This document shows, in pieces, positions 23,002 through 34,000 of a DNA stretch of 64,000 bases. Position 1 is the first letter of the stretch. Each line of letters begins with the position of its first letter. This stretch comes from Selaginella moellendorffii (lineage: Eukaryota; Plantae; Lycopodiophyta). A program made the translations under genes and the position numbers. The stretch is taken from positions 622,165 to 686,164 of the forward strand of contig NW_003314263.1 of the NCBI RefSeq assembly GCF_000143415.4. Reading direction: 5' to 3'. Under the pieces are notes generated by a model, which worked only from the letters and a program-made list of their open reading frames with translations, was not told the origin of the DNA and did not search any database.

Positions 23002-25626
23002 CACTCATGAAGACGTTGATGCCATGTTCAGTCACCTGGCAGAGTCCCTCCGGCGATCCAATGTCCTCACCCTCCCACAACTCTACGATGAATTCCAAAA
23101 TTGCATCAAAGGCACTGTTGAAGCTGCACTTGTGACAGAGGTTCCAGACTTTAAGGGGTTTGTAAGAGGCTACATCAGGGACGGATCCGAAACGCTGATT
23201 GGCCACTCCAAGCCTCTTCAGTTTCATTTCAGCATGCGTGACGGTGCTCCAGTGATGAGGTACAAGATGAGAGAATGGGACACAGTGTGGCTGCCAGTGG
23301 ACGGCATTGAACTCTTCAAGAGAGATCCCATAACTGGGGAACCTATGATTCCTCAGGGTTCCCCACGGCCGATGCACCCGGATGGACTCAAAGACCAGGA
23401 AAGTATAGTGGCCGGGATTAGACAGCATATTGCCTTCTGGAAGAGGGGGTTAGTGTTTGGTGGAGAATCCTATTTTCAAAGGTGCAAGCCTTTGATCGAA
23501 TACTGGGAGAAGATTATATTTGCTATCCAAAATGGTCCGGTTGTATATGAAGAATTGGAAGAGTCCTTTTGGCCAGAACCCAGAGCACCAGATAGTAGCG
23601 GAACAATGTCCTCTGGAAATGCAGTGACAGATAACGATGTTGAGGATCACTATTGTGGGCCAAGGAACAAGAAGCCGGATTCAGCATTCAATCCAGTATA
23701 GGTCTGCAAAGGAATGGTCGTGCTTGTCAGACCCAGTAATAAAAAACAAATGATATGGGTGGGGCGCTGCATCACTGATGCAGAGGAGGACGCGGAAACT
23801 AACTCCTTCAATGTAACTGTGGAGTGGTTCAAGCCAAGTTCCGGATATACGAAGGATTGCCTAGAAAAGAGATGGGTGCTGAATCCAAGGGATCCCAGCA
23901 TGAGCATATCGGTGGATAATGTTGTGCATGGTTGGATGAGTGCCACCATCACCTTGCCAGACCATGCAAGAGATGCAGCAAGAGCATTCATAACCCGAGT
24001 TTAAGGTGAGATTCATTAATATTCCTTTACTAAGTTTCTAATGTATTTTATTTCAAGGTGAACAATCCGAATCTGAATCAGAGGAGGTGTGATAGCATGT
24101 GGCCTTACGCCATTCCTAGGTGAGATGATACAAATAACAAGTATAAATTCTTAGTTGTTCTAGCAAATCTTACTTAAAGTTCAAGGTGAACAAGCCGAAT
24201 ATGAATTCATCGGATTGTTATAACAAATTGCGAGGTGATGGCATGAGGCGATACGCCATTTGAGAGTGGTAGCCATTCCTATATGAGGTGAGTGAAATAT
24301 TTATTAGAAATACCTCATTCAATTGTGCACTTCTAAGTCTTGGTCCACTCAGTATTGTTTGCATGTTTTTATTTTAATTCTTTCTCTAAAATGTTATTTA
24401 GCATGTGGCTTCATGCCATTGCTCTCCACAATCATGCATTGAATTTTTCTATCCTTGCATAATACTTCTCCATATATATAGCATGTGCGCACATGTGATA
24501 TGGTTCATTAGGCCTGATATAGTGTGTGAGGTAAAACAAAGATGATGTGACATATGCATTTACCAATCACACGTGCATAAATCTAATAATATGGCGTGTG
24601 GCCCATATTAATGGCACATAAACCCATATTGTGGGCTTACATGCTTTATGTACCATCATTCCCTTGCAGCGTGTGTGTTGGTTTCCTTTTATAACACAAC
24701 GAACTCCATATTTTAGGGTGAAGAGCGTTCTCATGGCAAGCACAAAATCTGTAAGTGAGGCAGAAAAGGAGACGGAGAAGGAGATAGGTGAAGATGTAGA
24801 ATATATAAGTCTTCCAAACTCCCCGTACTATACTCCAGGTGATCATTTTTCTGAACAAACGGCAACATTAACAACTATCGAGAACGCCCCAGTAACGTTA
24901 GAGACAACAATCCAAAGCAAAACAACTGACCTGGAGAAGGATGATAGTACCGCTAAGAGTACCAAAAAGGAGGTGTCCACTAGCGCTTAGGCTTATAATG
25001 GCGTGTGCCCTCATGCCATTTACTTAATCACCAAATACCTTTTTCCCTTTGCACTAATATATCTTAATACCGGTCTGAGAAATAGAATGGCATGTGCCCT
25101 CAGGCCTTTTACTAAATCACCTTTGAAAGAAATGCAAGCCTCTATGTCGTAAAAAAAAGGTACTAGAGAAATTCCTTAATAATATGAATGTTATTTAGTT
25201 TCATGAAAATACACTAAGGGTCAAATGAGTTAAATGACTTCTCCAGACTAGCAATGCCTCTTGCTATACCTTCACAATTAGATTCGTTAGAAAAAGATAA
25301 CATTGAATAATATCTAAATGTTCTCACCATTAAGTTATATGTCTGGCTAATAGGAATGATGTTCATCTTGGAAAGCTCACCACACGCTCAATGAACAAAC
25401 AAATAGTGTGTGCACGCATGCCATCGCTCTTCTTTAGCTTCAGATTTGGCTTGTTCACCTTGACAATGAGATTTATTATACAACTAGATGGACTCAGTCT
25501 GGACACAAAGTCACCGCGCTAGTCACCATGCCCCAGATATGTCTAGCCCCTGGACAAAAAACATATAATTTCACGTCATTTTCAAATACTTGAAAATTTG
25601 TACCTAGTCCCATTTTACTGAATAAA

Positions 25627-25650
25627 TCCCACTTTAACGAAATAGAGCTT
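25627..25650 (-). repeat. Right TIR
   Basis: TCCCACTTTAACGAAATAGAGCTT followed by TSD ATTT. Confidence 0.95.
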
Positions 25651-25978
25651 ATTTGGATTCCTTCTAATAATTTCCATAGCCCAATTTTGGCCACTAGTTT
25701 TTTACTCATATTCTTTAATTGTTGCACCAAACAATATAAGATCACTACCTTCATCCTTGAGGTATTTTTTTGGTTCCATAACAAAAGTTTTTCTTTGCCA
25801 AGTTTATGAAGTATTCATCCCTAATAAGTCTCTTTAGCATTTTCTATTATGGACTCTATCCACAACCCAATTTTGTGACCCTCCCATATGTCTTTCTTAG
25901 ATATTACTTTCTTGGACTCACCATATTAACACCGCTTATTTCCTTTATGTGTCTTTCCCAATTAGTCACCTTGACTAA

Positions 25979-27183
25979 TGTCACGAATGTGACTTTGGGT
26001 ATCGAAAGTTACCTGTCGACTAGTCCTTACGAACACTCTTTCTTTACTACCATGACGGTAGGAGGTCGGTATTGTTGGACTTGTTATCAATCTCCGCCTA
26101 AGTTAGTTGAGAAATTGGTCATCACATGTGCACTTAGACTGAAAGAGCACTAATGAAGGAAATCCTATGTTGTCATTTAGTCAAGCATACTTGGCACAAT
26201 GACGAGAAACTTATGTTTTTGACTTGCACTTGCTAGTGTTGGGAACACGATATTGAGCTTGGTCCCTCAATATTGCTAGATGATAGCTTACCGTGTTTGC
26301 CAAACACTCTCGCTATCATGCCCTTTGTGTTAGTTTTATTTTGGTCCCAAATGCTATTTATGGAAAGTGTATAGATTTGCTCATTTGGCATATTTACGGA
26401 ATGTAGAGATTGTCCTGAACACAATGGTGTTCATCCCGTATCCAAATTCACAATATAGTGTCATTTCTATATTTAGTAAGTTTCGAGCTTGTCTTAAAGA
26501 CTAACTCCTGATACTAAGGGAGGCTTGGGGTGAAAGCCCAAAACGTGTGTTCCTCAAAGGGAAGGGGGGGGGGGGGGGGGGGGGGGGGTGGGAGGGGTGG
26601 GAGGGGAGAGGGGCTATGGGGGGTTCCAAATGTATAGTAGAGATAGTAGGTAGGTTGAGCATGGCTAACCAACTTGAGGCATAGTCTAGCTCCTGCTTGC
26701 GTGCCTGTTCTTGTTCTGTGTCCAACTTGGGTCTAAGCCCAAGCTCCATACCATGCTAGTTGGGTAGTCACTTTAAAGTTTTCTGCAGAAAATGGAGAGA
26801 GCATATCCTTGCGTTAGGCCACCAATATGTTGAAATAGCGCCAGACTTTGTTTGGCTCCATTTTGCGTGCTGGTCCTGGCATTGGGATGCTGTTGCTCTA
26901 GGACTGTTCCAAGTCGCTCCAGGCTCCTGTCCCTTCGCTCCTTGGGCAATATGCTCGGGAGTTGCTCCGTGGTTCAGTTCCATCACTCCTTAGCTCCATG
27001 CTTAAGGGTTTGGTACCGTTCCTTCATTCAATGGCCCAAGGCCTTGAACCTCAAGTTCCACACCACTGTCCTATGGACACATGGCATATGACATGTGGCA
27101 CATGGAGGGTCTAGGTTTTGTTTTGTGGTGTTATTCTATGGTAAATCACCATAGGATAAAGGGGAAAAACCACATGCGCTACA
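25979..27183 (+). mobile_element. Old solo LTR of a related family
   Basis: TG...CA termini; TSD ACTAA/ACCAA; contains the GGGTGAAAGCCCAAA, poly-G and TTCCAAA block shared with the other LTRs. Confidence 0.75.
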
Positions 27184-30100
27184 ACCAAGTCACACCATTA
27201 TCAATAGTTCAAATCAACAATTTGAATTAGGAACCTTATTCCTTAACCTAGCAAAGACCTTGCCCTTGTTTAGCTATAGGATCACTTAGTGATCTCACCT
27301 TGACACCTTAACATATTTGCCAATAGATATTAAGTCTTTCAAACCTTTAAGTTGTTGACCATGACCCCGGGGGCATCCCCCACACTTGACAGTGTGCCCA
27401 AACTAGCCCTTCTGGCCAAAAGTCCATAATAACTAAGATTGGGTGTCCCCATTTCATTCACCACATCCTCGATGCCTCTTGCACTAAAGTGTTTAAGTTT
27501 GATATGCCGAGCTTTCACACTAAACAATCTACCCATGCATCATGACTCCGAGGCATCCCCATTTGGTGATATGCCCAAGCTAGCCTCTTTACTGAGAGTA
27601 CATGACCACCAAAAAATGAAAGTCTTCATATTCCAAACCATCACCATATCCTAGTGAGTTAGGATTTGAACCCAAGCACTAAAGGGTTAGGACTCAAACC
27701 TAACCTTTGTATATGTATCTATGGACGACATCACCTAAGATGCCCAGTGTGACTCCCTGTGCCAGTGCATTAACTTATATCCAAAGTGTGTTACAGATCA
27801 CAATTTATAAATTTAGTTCCTCCAAACTTTTAAGTCCTTTCACTTGACTCAACTCCTTCAACTAAGGTCTCTCTTCCTCTAACTTGCCAATCTCACTTAG
27901 CAAGTCACCTGACCAGCGTAACATGGTTCTATGCATAAGCGTGAAAATCCTCAAACATTGATTTTCCAAGACCATCTGTATCACAATCCTGTTTCTCAAA
28001 GACTAGGCCATCCATCCATGAGTGGTTATCCCTTGACCACACCTTAGCACCCCTAGGATGCCTAAAGACATGGAGAACATCTTTCCATAATGTCCCTTTT
28101 TCTGTCCCCACCAAGTCCCTCTTCATCCACAGCCGTGCTCTTTAACACTGCCACTGGGTTTAAGCCCAAAGGCCTGACCACTAAGTTCCACTATCTTGGT
28201 CACTACACCAAAGGACTATTCCTCTTCCTTTTCATAGTCTAGGATTTTAAAATAACATTTCGAAACACCGTGGCCCTAAGCAAGCCTCGTGGTTACTCTT
28301 CTCACCTTCCACCTTTAGGTGCCCTAGCTATGTGGCTAGAGCGAGGTTCCGATGAACAATACTAAGTATCCAAGTAGGTAATGCCACCCACACTTGGATT
28401 GAGACCATCGACTGTTCGATCTCCCAAAGGAGCTAAAGCCGAGTTTTGAACACTTCACCAAGCTACCCCATGTGAGACACAAAATCTCTAGGCCCCCAAA
28501 GTGGAGCTGGAAAGGGTGCCACGTGGTAGTGGCTGAAGCGAAAGCCAAACGAGCATAACACGTTTGGACTAAAAGCTCTGACTTGGAAGGTCGAGAGCGG
28601 GAGTGGAACTCCCAACAAAGTGCTCAAGGAGCAAGCACGAGGCAACCAATAAGCAAGGCTCCAAAAAGGGACCCAAAAAGGACCAACATATGACACGTGG
28701 AAGTGTCCGAGATGGAGTCCAAGGCGGACCCGAGTTGGAGTCCGAGATGGACCCGAAGTGGAGTCCAAAGTGGAGTCCGAGATGGAGTCCGATATGGAGT
28801 CCGAGATGGACTCGAAGTGGAGTCCGAGATGGACTCGAAGTGGAGTCCGATATGGAGTCCGAGATGGACCTGAAGTGGAAGTCCGATATGGAGTCCGATA
28901 TGGAGTCCAAGATGGACCCAAAGTGGAGTCCGATATGGAGTCCGAGATGGACCTGAAGTGGAGTCTGATATGGAGTCCGAGATGGAGTCCGAGATGGACC
29001 CGAAGTGGAGTCCGATATGGAGTCTGAGATGGAGTCCGAGATGGACCCGAGATGGAGTCCAAGATGGACCTGAGATGGAGTTCGAGATGGACCCGAGATG
29101 GAGTCCGAGATGGAGTCCGAGATGGAGTCCGAGATGGAACTGAGACTGGGACCGAGACCGAGACCAAGACCGAGACCGAGTCCGAGTCCGAATCCGGGAC
29201 CGAGACCGAGTCTGAGTCCGAGTCCGAGTCCGAATACTAATACAGGCAATTGGGTGAAAGCCCAAAGTGATCGTCCCCCAAGGGGGGGGGGGCTGCGGGG
29301 GGTTCCAAAAGTATAGTAGGGAGAGTGTGGGGGTTGGAGCCCAGTGGAGCCAGTTTGGCCAGGAAAGGCCAGTTTGGCCTAGGAAGGCCAGACCCAGTGT
29401 TGGGTGATGAGCTGCCCATTGGGAAGTCCAAGACTAGAGTGAACACGGACCGACAGGCGGGGTAGCTTGGTGAAGTGTTCAAGAGCCAGCTCTAGTTCCC
29501 CCGGGAGATCGACTGGCCGATGCTCCCAGTCCAAGTGTGGGTGGCACTACCTACTTGGATACCAAGCGTGGCTCAACGGAACCTCGCTCTAAGCCCATGG
29601 CTAGAGTACCCAAGGGCGGAAGGCAGGGAGAGTACCCAGGTGGCTCGCGTAAGGCCACGGTGTTCCGAAATGTTGTCCCAAAGGCCCAGACTGTGGAAAG
29701 GAAGAGGAGCAGTCCTCTGGGGTAGTGACCAAGGACACAGTCGTGTGGTGAGGAAGTCCCAGTGGACCGTGGGACTTAGTAGTTGGGCCTGTGGGTCTCG
29801 ATCCAGTGGCAGTGTTGGCAAACACGGCCAGGGGCAGAAAGGGACTTAGTGGGGACTGGAACGGAGATATTGGGGAAGGCTAATCCCCATGTCGGTGGCA
29901 TTTTAAGGATGTTAAGGAGTGGATTTGGGATGATCACTCATGGATGGATGGCCCAGTCTTTGAGTGACGGGACTGGGATGCAGGTGGTGTCAAACCATTG
30001 TTGTGACCAAGGTGAATGGGCATGGCCTTAGCGTAACAGGCTGATATGTTGGTGGTACCTTGGGGTGTCAGTCATGGGATCAGACACGTGGAGCACTTGG

Positions 30101-31058
30101 ACCAAGTGCACGAAGTTGAGTGGTGGGGATGCCATTCTTGGGGCTAGTAAGCCCAAGTCCAAAATAGGACTTACGGAGGTTGTGAGTGAGACTCCTCTAA
30201 GTGGTCGGAGGTGCGATTAAGTGACTAAAGTAAAATGGAAAATTTAGTCGCTTACAATTTGGTATCGGAGCTATTCCTTAGTCTGACTTTTATTGGTGCT
30301 CAAATATATCACCATTGATATTGGCATTGGAAGGTCCTAGGAGTGGGCTTATCCTTGAGGAGTAGCATGTCGAGAGGACATGGCTCTCCACTCAAGTTCA
30401 TGCGTGACTTGGGTGCAATGTGGTGGATAGAAAAGGGGCCGGTAAGGGAACGACTTTGGGGTCTTGGGAACAGTATATGGTTTTCCTCAAAGAGTTGAGG
30501 ATGTGATCCAGATGAGCGTTTGACTCAGTAAATGGCCAATGTAGTTGTGGTAAACAACTAAAGTTGGGATCACAAGAAAGATAAAGACTCCAAAGCAATA
30601 AGGGAGTCACAAGATTATCCTCATATAGTTGAGGTTAGTGCTCATGAATGTGAGACCAGAAGTAATGACTGTGGGAGGTCAAATACGGAAGAGGACTCAA
30701 GTCCTTGAAATGGTAGCTAAGGCTACTTTTAATAAATGCTGGAACAACACAAGGAGTTGGGGGGTGTACTTAGAGATGAGTTGGTATTCTCATCACATGG
30801 ACAAGTAGTCCTAAGGGGCAGAAGTTGCCCCAGAGAACAAAACCAAGTGTCAGAGTAACACTTGTGAAAATAGTCCTTCTGAGTAGAACAGGAATGTAGG
30901 AAGTGTATTCCAGTGAGCTAGTGCCTCACAAGTGGGACCTTACGGGTCTGTGGATTAACCAAGTCCAAAACTGCTGGATGACTCAAGTAGAGTCAAGGAA
31001 TGGTCCTAAAAGGACTGATTGTAGCATTTGGACTGAGGTGTGTTGTACCCCACGAAGG

Positions 31059-34000
31059 TGTAAGCGACTAAATTTTCCATTCTACTTTAGTCACTTAACC
31101 ACACCTCCGACCACTTGGAGGAGTCTCATTCACAACCTCCATAAGTCCAATCCAGGACTTGGGACTTGCTAGCCCCAAGAATGGCATCCATGCCACTCAA
31201 CATTTGCACTTGGTCCAAGTGCTCCACGTGTCCGATCCCATGACCGACACTCAAAGGTACCACCGACATAGCAGCCCGTTACGCTAAGGCCATGCTCAAT
31301 CACCTTTGCCACACTGGTAGTCCAATACCACTTGCATCACAGTCTTGGCTCTCCGAGACTAGGCAAACCATCCGTGAGTGGTCATCTCAGATCCACTCCT
31401 TAGCATCCTTAGGATGCCCACCGACAAGGGGAATAGCCTTCCCCAATATCCCTCTGTCAGTCCCCACTAAGTCCCTTTCTGCCCCTGGCCGTGTTTGCCA
31501 ACACTGCCCCTGGATCGAGACCCACAAGCCCGACCACTAAGTCCCACGGTCCTCTGGGACTTCCTCACCACACGACTGTGTCCTTGGTCACTACCCCAGA
31601 GGACTGCTCCTCTTCCTTTCCACAGTCTGGGCCTTTGGGACAACATTTCGGAACACCGTGGCTTTATGCGAGCCACATGGGTACTCTCCTCGCCTTCTGC
31701 CCTTGGGTGCTCTAGCCATGGACTTAGAGCGAGGTTCCGTTGAGCCACGCCTGGTATCCAAGTAGGTAGTGCCACCCATACTTGGACTGGGAGCATCGGC
31801 CAGTCGATCTCCCGGGGGAACTAGAGCCGGCTCTTGAACACTTCACCAAGCTACCCAGCTTGTCGGTCCGTATTCACTCTAGTCTTGGACTTCCCAGTGG
31901 TCAGTTCATCACCCAACACTAGGTATGGCCTTCCTGGGCCAAACTGGCCCTTCCTGGCCAAACTGGCTCCATTGGGCTCCAACCCCCACACTCTCCCTAC
32001 TATACTTTTGGAACCCCCCGCAGCCCCCCCCCCCCCCCCCTGGGGGACGATCGCTTTGGGCTTTCACCCAACTGCCTGTATTAGTATTCGGACTCGGACT
32101 CGGGCTCGAACTCGGACTCGGACTTGGTCTCGGTCCCGGTTTCGAACTCGGACTCGGTCTCGGTCTCGGCTTCGGCCTCGGTCTCGGTCTCGGTCTCGGG
32201 TCCATCTCGGACTCCATCTCGGACTCCATCTCGGATCCATCTCGGACTCCATCTCGGGTCCATCTCGGACTCCATCTCGGGTCCATCTCGGACTCCATCT
32301 CGGGTCCATCTCGGACTCGATCTCGGACTCCATCTCGGACTCCATCTTGGACTCCATATCGGACTCCGTCTTGGTCCATCTCGGACTCCATCTCGGGTCC
32401 ATCTCGGACTCGATCTCGGACTCGATCTCGGGTCCATCTCAGACTCCATCTCGGGTCCATCTCGGACTTTATCTCGGACTCCATCTCGGACTCCATCTCG
32501 GATTCCATATCGGACTCCGTCTCGGTCCATCTCGGACTCCATCTCGGGTCCATCTCGGACTCCATCTCGGACTCCATTTCGGGTTCCTTTTTGGAGCCTC
32601 TCTTATTGCTCGTTTCGTGCTCATTCCTTGAGCGCTTCGTTAGGAGTTCCACTCCCGCTCTCGACCTTTCAAGGCGGAGCTTTTGGCCCAAACGTGTTAC
32701 ACTCGTTTGGCTTTCGCTTCGGCCACTACCACGTGGCACCCTTCCGGCTCCACTTTGGGGCCTAGGGATTTTGTGTCTCACAACTCCACCACCCATAGAC
32801 GAAGTTTGATGTCCTCATCGAACGGTAAACCATTTTATAAAGTAACACCCTCATGTGTTACCATTTCCATCCTTGGCACCTAGCCAATATTTGTCAATGG
32901 TCTGACATTGAAGGCTCACCATGCCTTCTGCATATTTGTCAATGGTTTGACACCAAAGGCTCACCATGCCTTGCCCATCCTCTAAGGAGGGTAGTCTCTC
33001 CAACTTAGAGACTGATTAGACCACATGTAGTGGTTCCCTCCTTTTATTGGTTTAGTTCTCATTAAACCTCTTAGAGACCCTTCTCTAAGTCAATCCTACT
33101 ACTCCTTCTCGAGTAGTCTCAATTTCCATCTATTGAACGTTTGCACCTTGGAACTTTTACTCTTTGCCTTCTGGAAGTCAATTTCCTAGGTGTCTCCAAC
33201 ACCTTGCATTGCATTTTTTGTGCAACTCCACTTCCCCATCTTAGGAAGTTCTTTACTTGAGGGCCCCATCATCCTCTCTTCTATTTCGTGCCACCTTAGG
33301 CACTAAGTTCCATTTATCATACCTTGTGGTAGGGCTGTCCATGGCCCTATCATTTGGCTACCTTACCGCTCCCTCCCTTGGAGCTTCCACTTTCGCCAAA
33401 TCGGAGCAATTCGGAATCCATCCTTGGAAACACACTTCCTTTCCCGCAATTTGTTAGCGTCCAACACATTAGTGTTCCTCGCCTAACTTTGCCACTTAGA
33501 TTCCTTCCAAGGGATTCCACGGCCCTATCTTGGCCACTCATCTTTTGCTCCTATCTGTTGATTGTTGCACTAAGCAACACCGAATCTTTACCTCCCTCCT
33601 TGAGGTATTCTTTTGATTCCATAGCAAAGGCTCTGCTTTGCCAATACTAGGGTGTTCACCCCTAGTAAGTCTCTTTAGCATCTTCCGCTGTGGGCTTTAT
33701 CCACGGCCCAACTTTGTGACCCTCCCATGGGTCTCTTTAGAGACTACTTTCCTTGGACACACTATGCCATCGCAATGACATAGCTCATTTCCCTAAGGTG
33801 CTTTACCCACTTGGTCACCTTGACCAAGCCACACCATCATCAATAGTTCAAATCAACACTTTGAACTAGGAACCTTATTCCTTAGCCCAAACAAGGACCT
33901 TGTCCTTATTTAGCCACAAGATCACCTAGTGATCTCACCTTGGCACCTTAATAGGTTTGCCAATAGGTACTAGGTCTTCCAGACCTTTAACTTGTTAACT

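Larger units (their letters stand above)
19335..24004 (+). pseudogene. Sola-like (DUF7869-type) DDD transposase, disrupted by a solo LTR, stops and a 191-bp duplication
   Basis: Removing the solo LTR joins MAFRVGEKV...AAVSV (19335-19472) in frame to ETVFDG (20907); CCKKRC and FSKCDEC Cys motifs; HDKMDQ, LQTDNAGSENKN and FLMVGHTHEDVD catalytic motifs; in-frame stops at 21855, 22419, about 22554 and 23699. Confidence 0.88.
11297..25424. repeat. Dispersed 22-bp palindrome ATGGCRTGWGGCCWCAYGCCAT, about 25 copies confined to the Sola-like element
   Basis: Clear copies start at 11588, 12665, 12740, 14080, 14221, 15696, 16959, 17019, 17096, 17519, 18376, 18448, 19063, 19161, 19231, 22511, 22568, 24092, 24238, 24398, 24998 and 25087; weaker copies at 11297, 24478, 24591 and 25403. 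Confidence 0.92.
11202..25650 (+). mobile_element. Giant Sola(1)-like DNA transposon, 14,449 bp (about 12.8 kb without secondary insertions)
   Basis: Perfect 24-bp TIRs AAGCTCTATTTCGTTAAAGTGGGA (11202-11225 and 25627-25650); 4-bp TSD ATTT (11198-11201 and 25651-25654), matching the AWWT preference described for Sola1; DDD transposase inside. Confidence 0.92.
9001..27930 (-). mobile_element. Old non-autonomous LTR element (LTR 9001-10544 plus internal region), interrupted by the Sola-like transposon and a solo LTR
   Basis: Internal sequence CTTTGCC-ATTT-GGATTCCTTC is split exactly at 11201/25651 and is colinear with 33480-34530. Confidence 0.8.

Noticed and set aside
11297-25424. Palindromic repeats as a CRISPR array
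   Set aside because: Spacing is irregular (tens of bp to kb), copies lie in introns and exons, there are no cas genes, and the context is eukaryotic
31180-31198. AATGGCATCCATGCCACT in the LTRs as a copy of the Sola palindrome
   Set aside because: It has similar arms but lacks the central GGCC-containing spacer and is a fixed part of the LTR; probably coincidental
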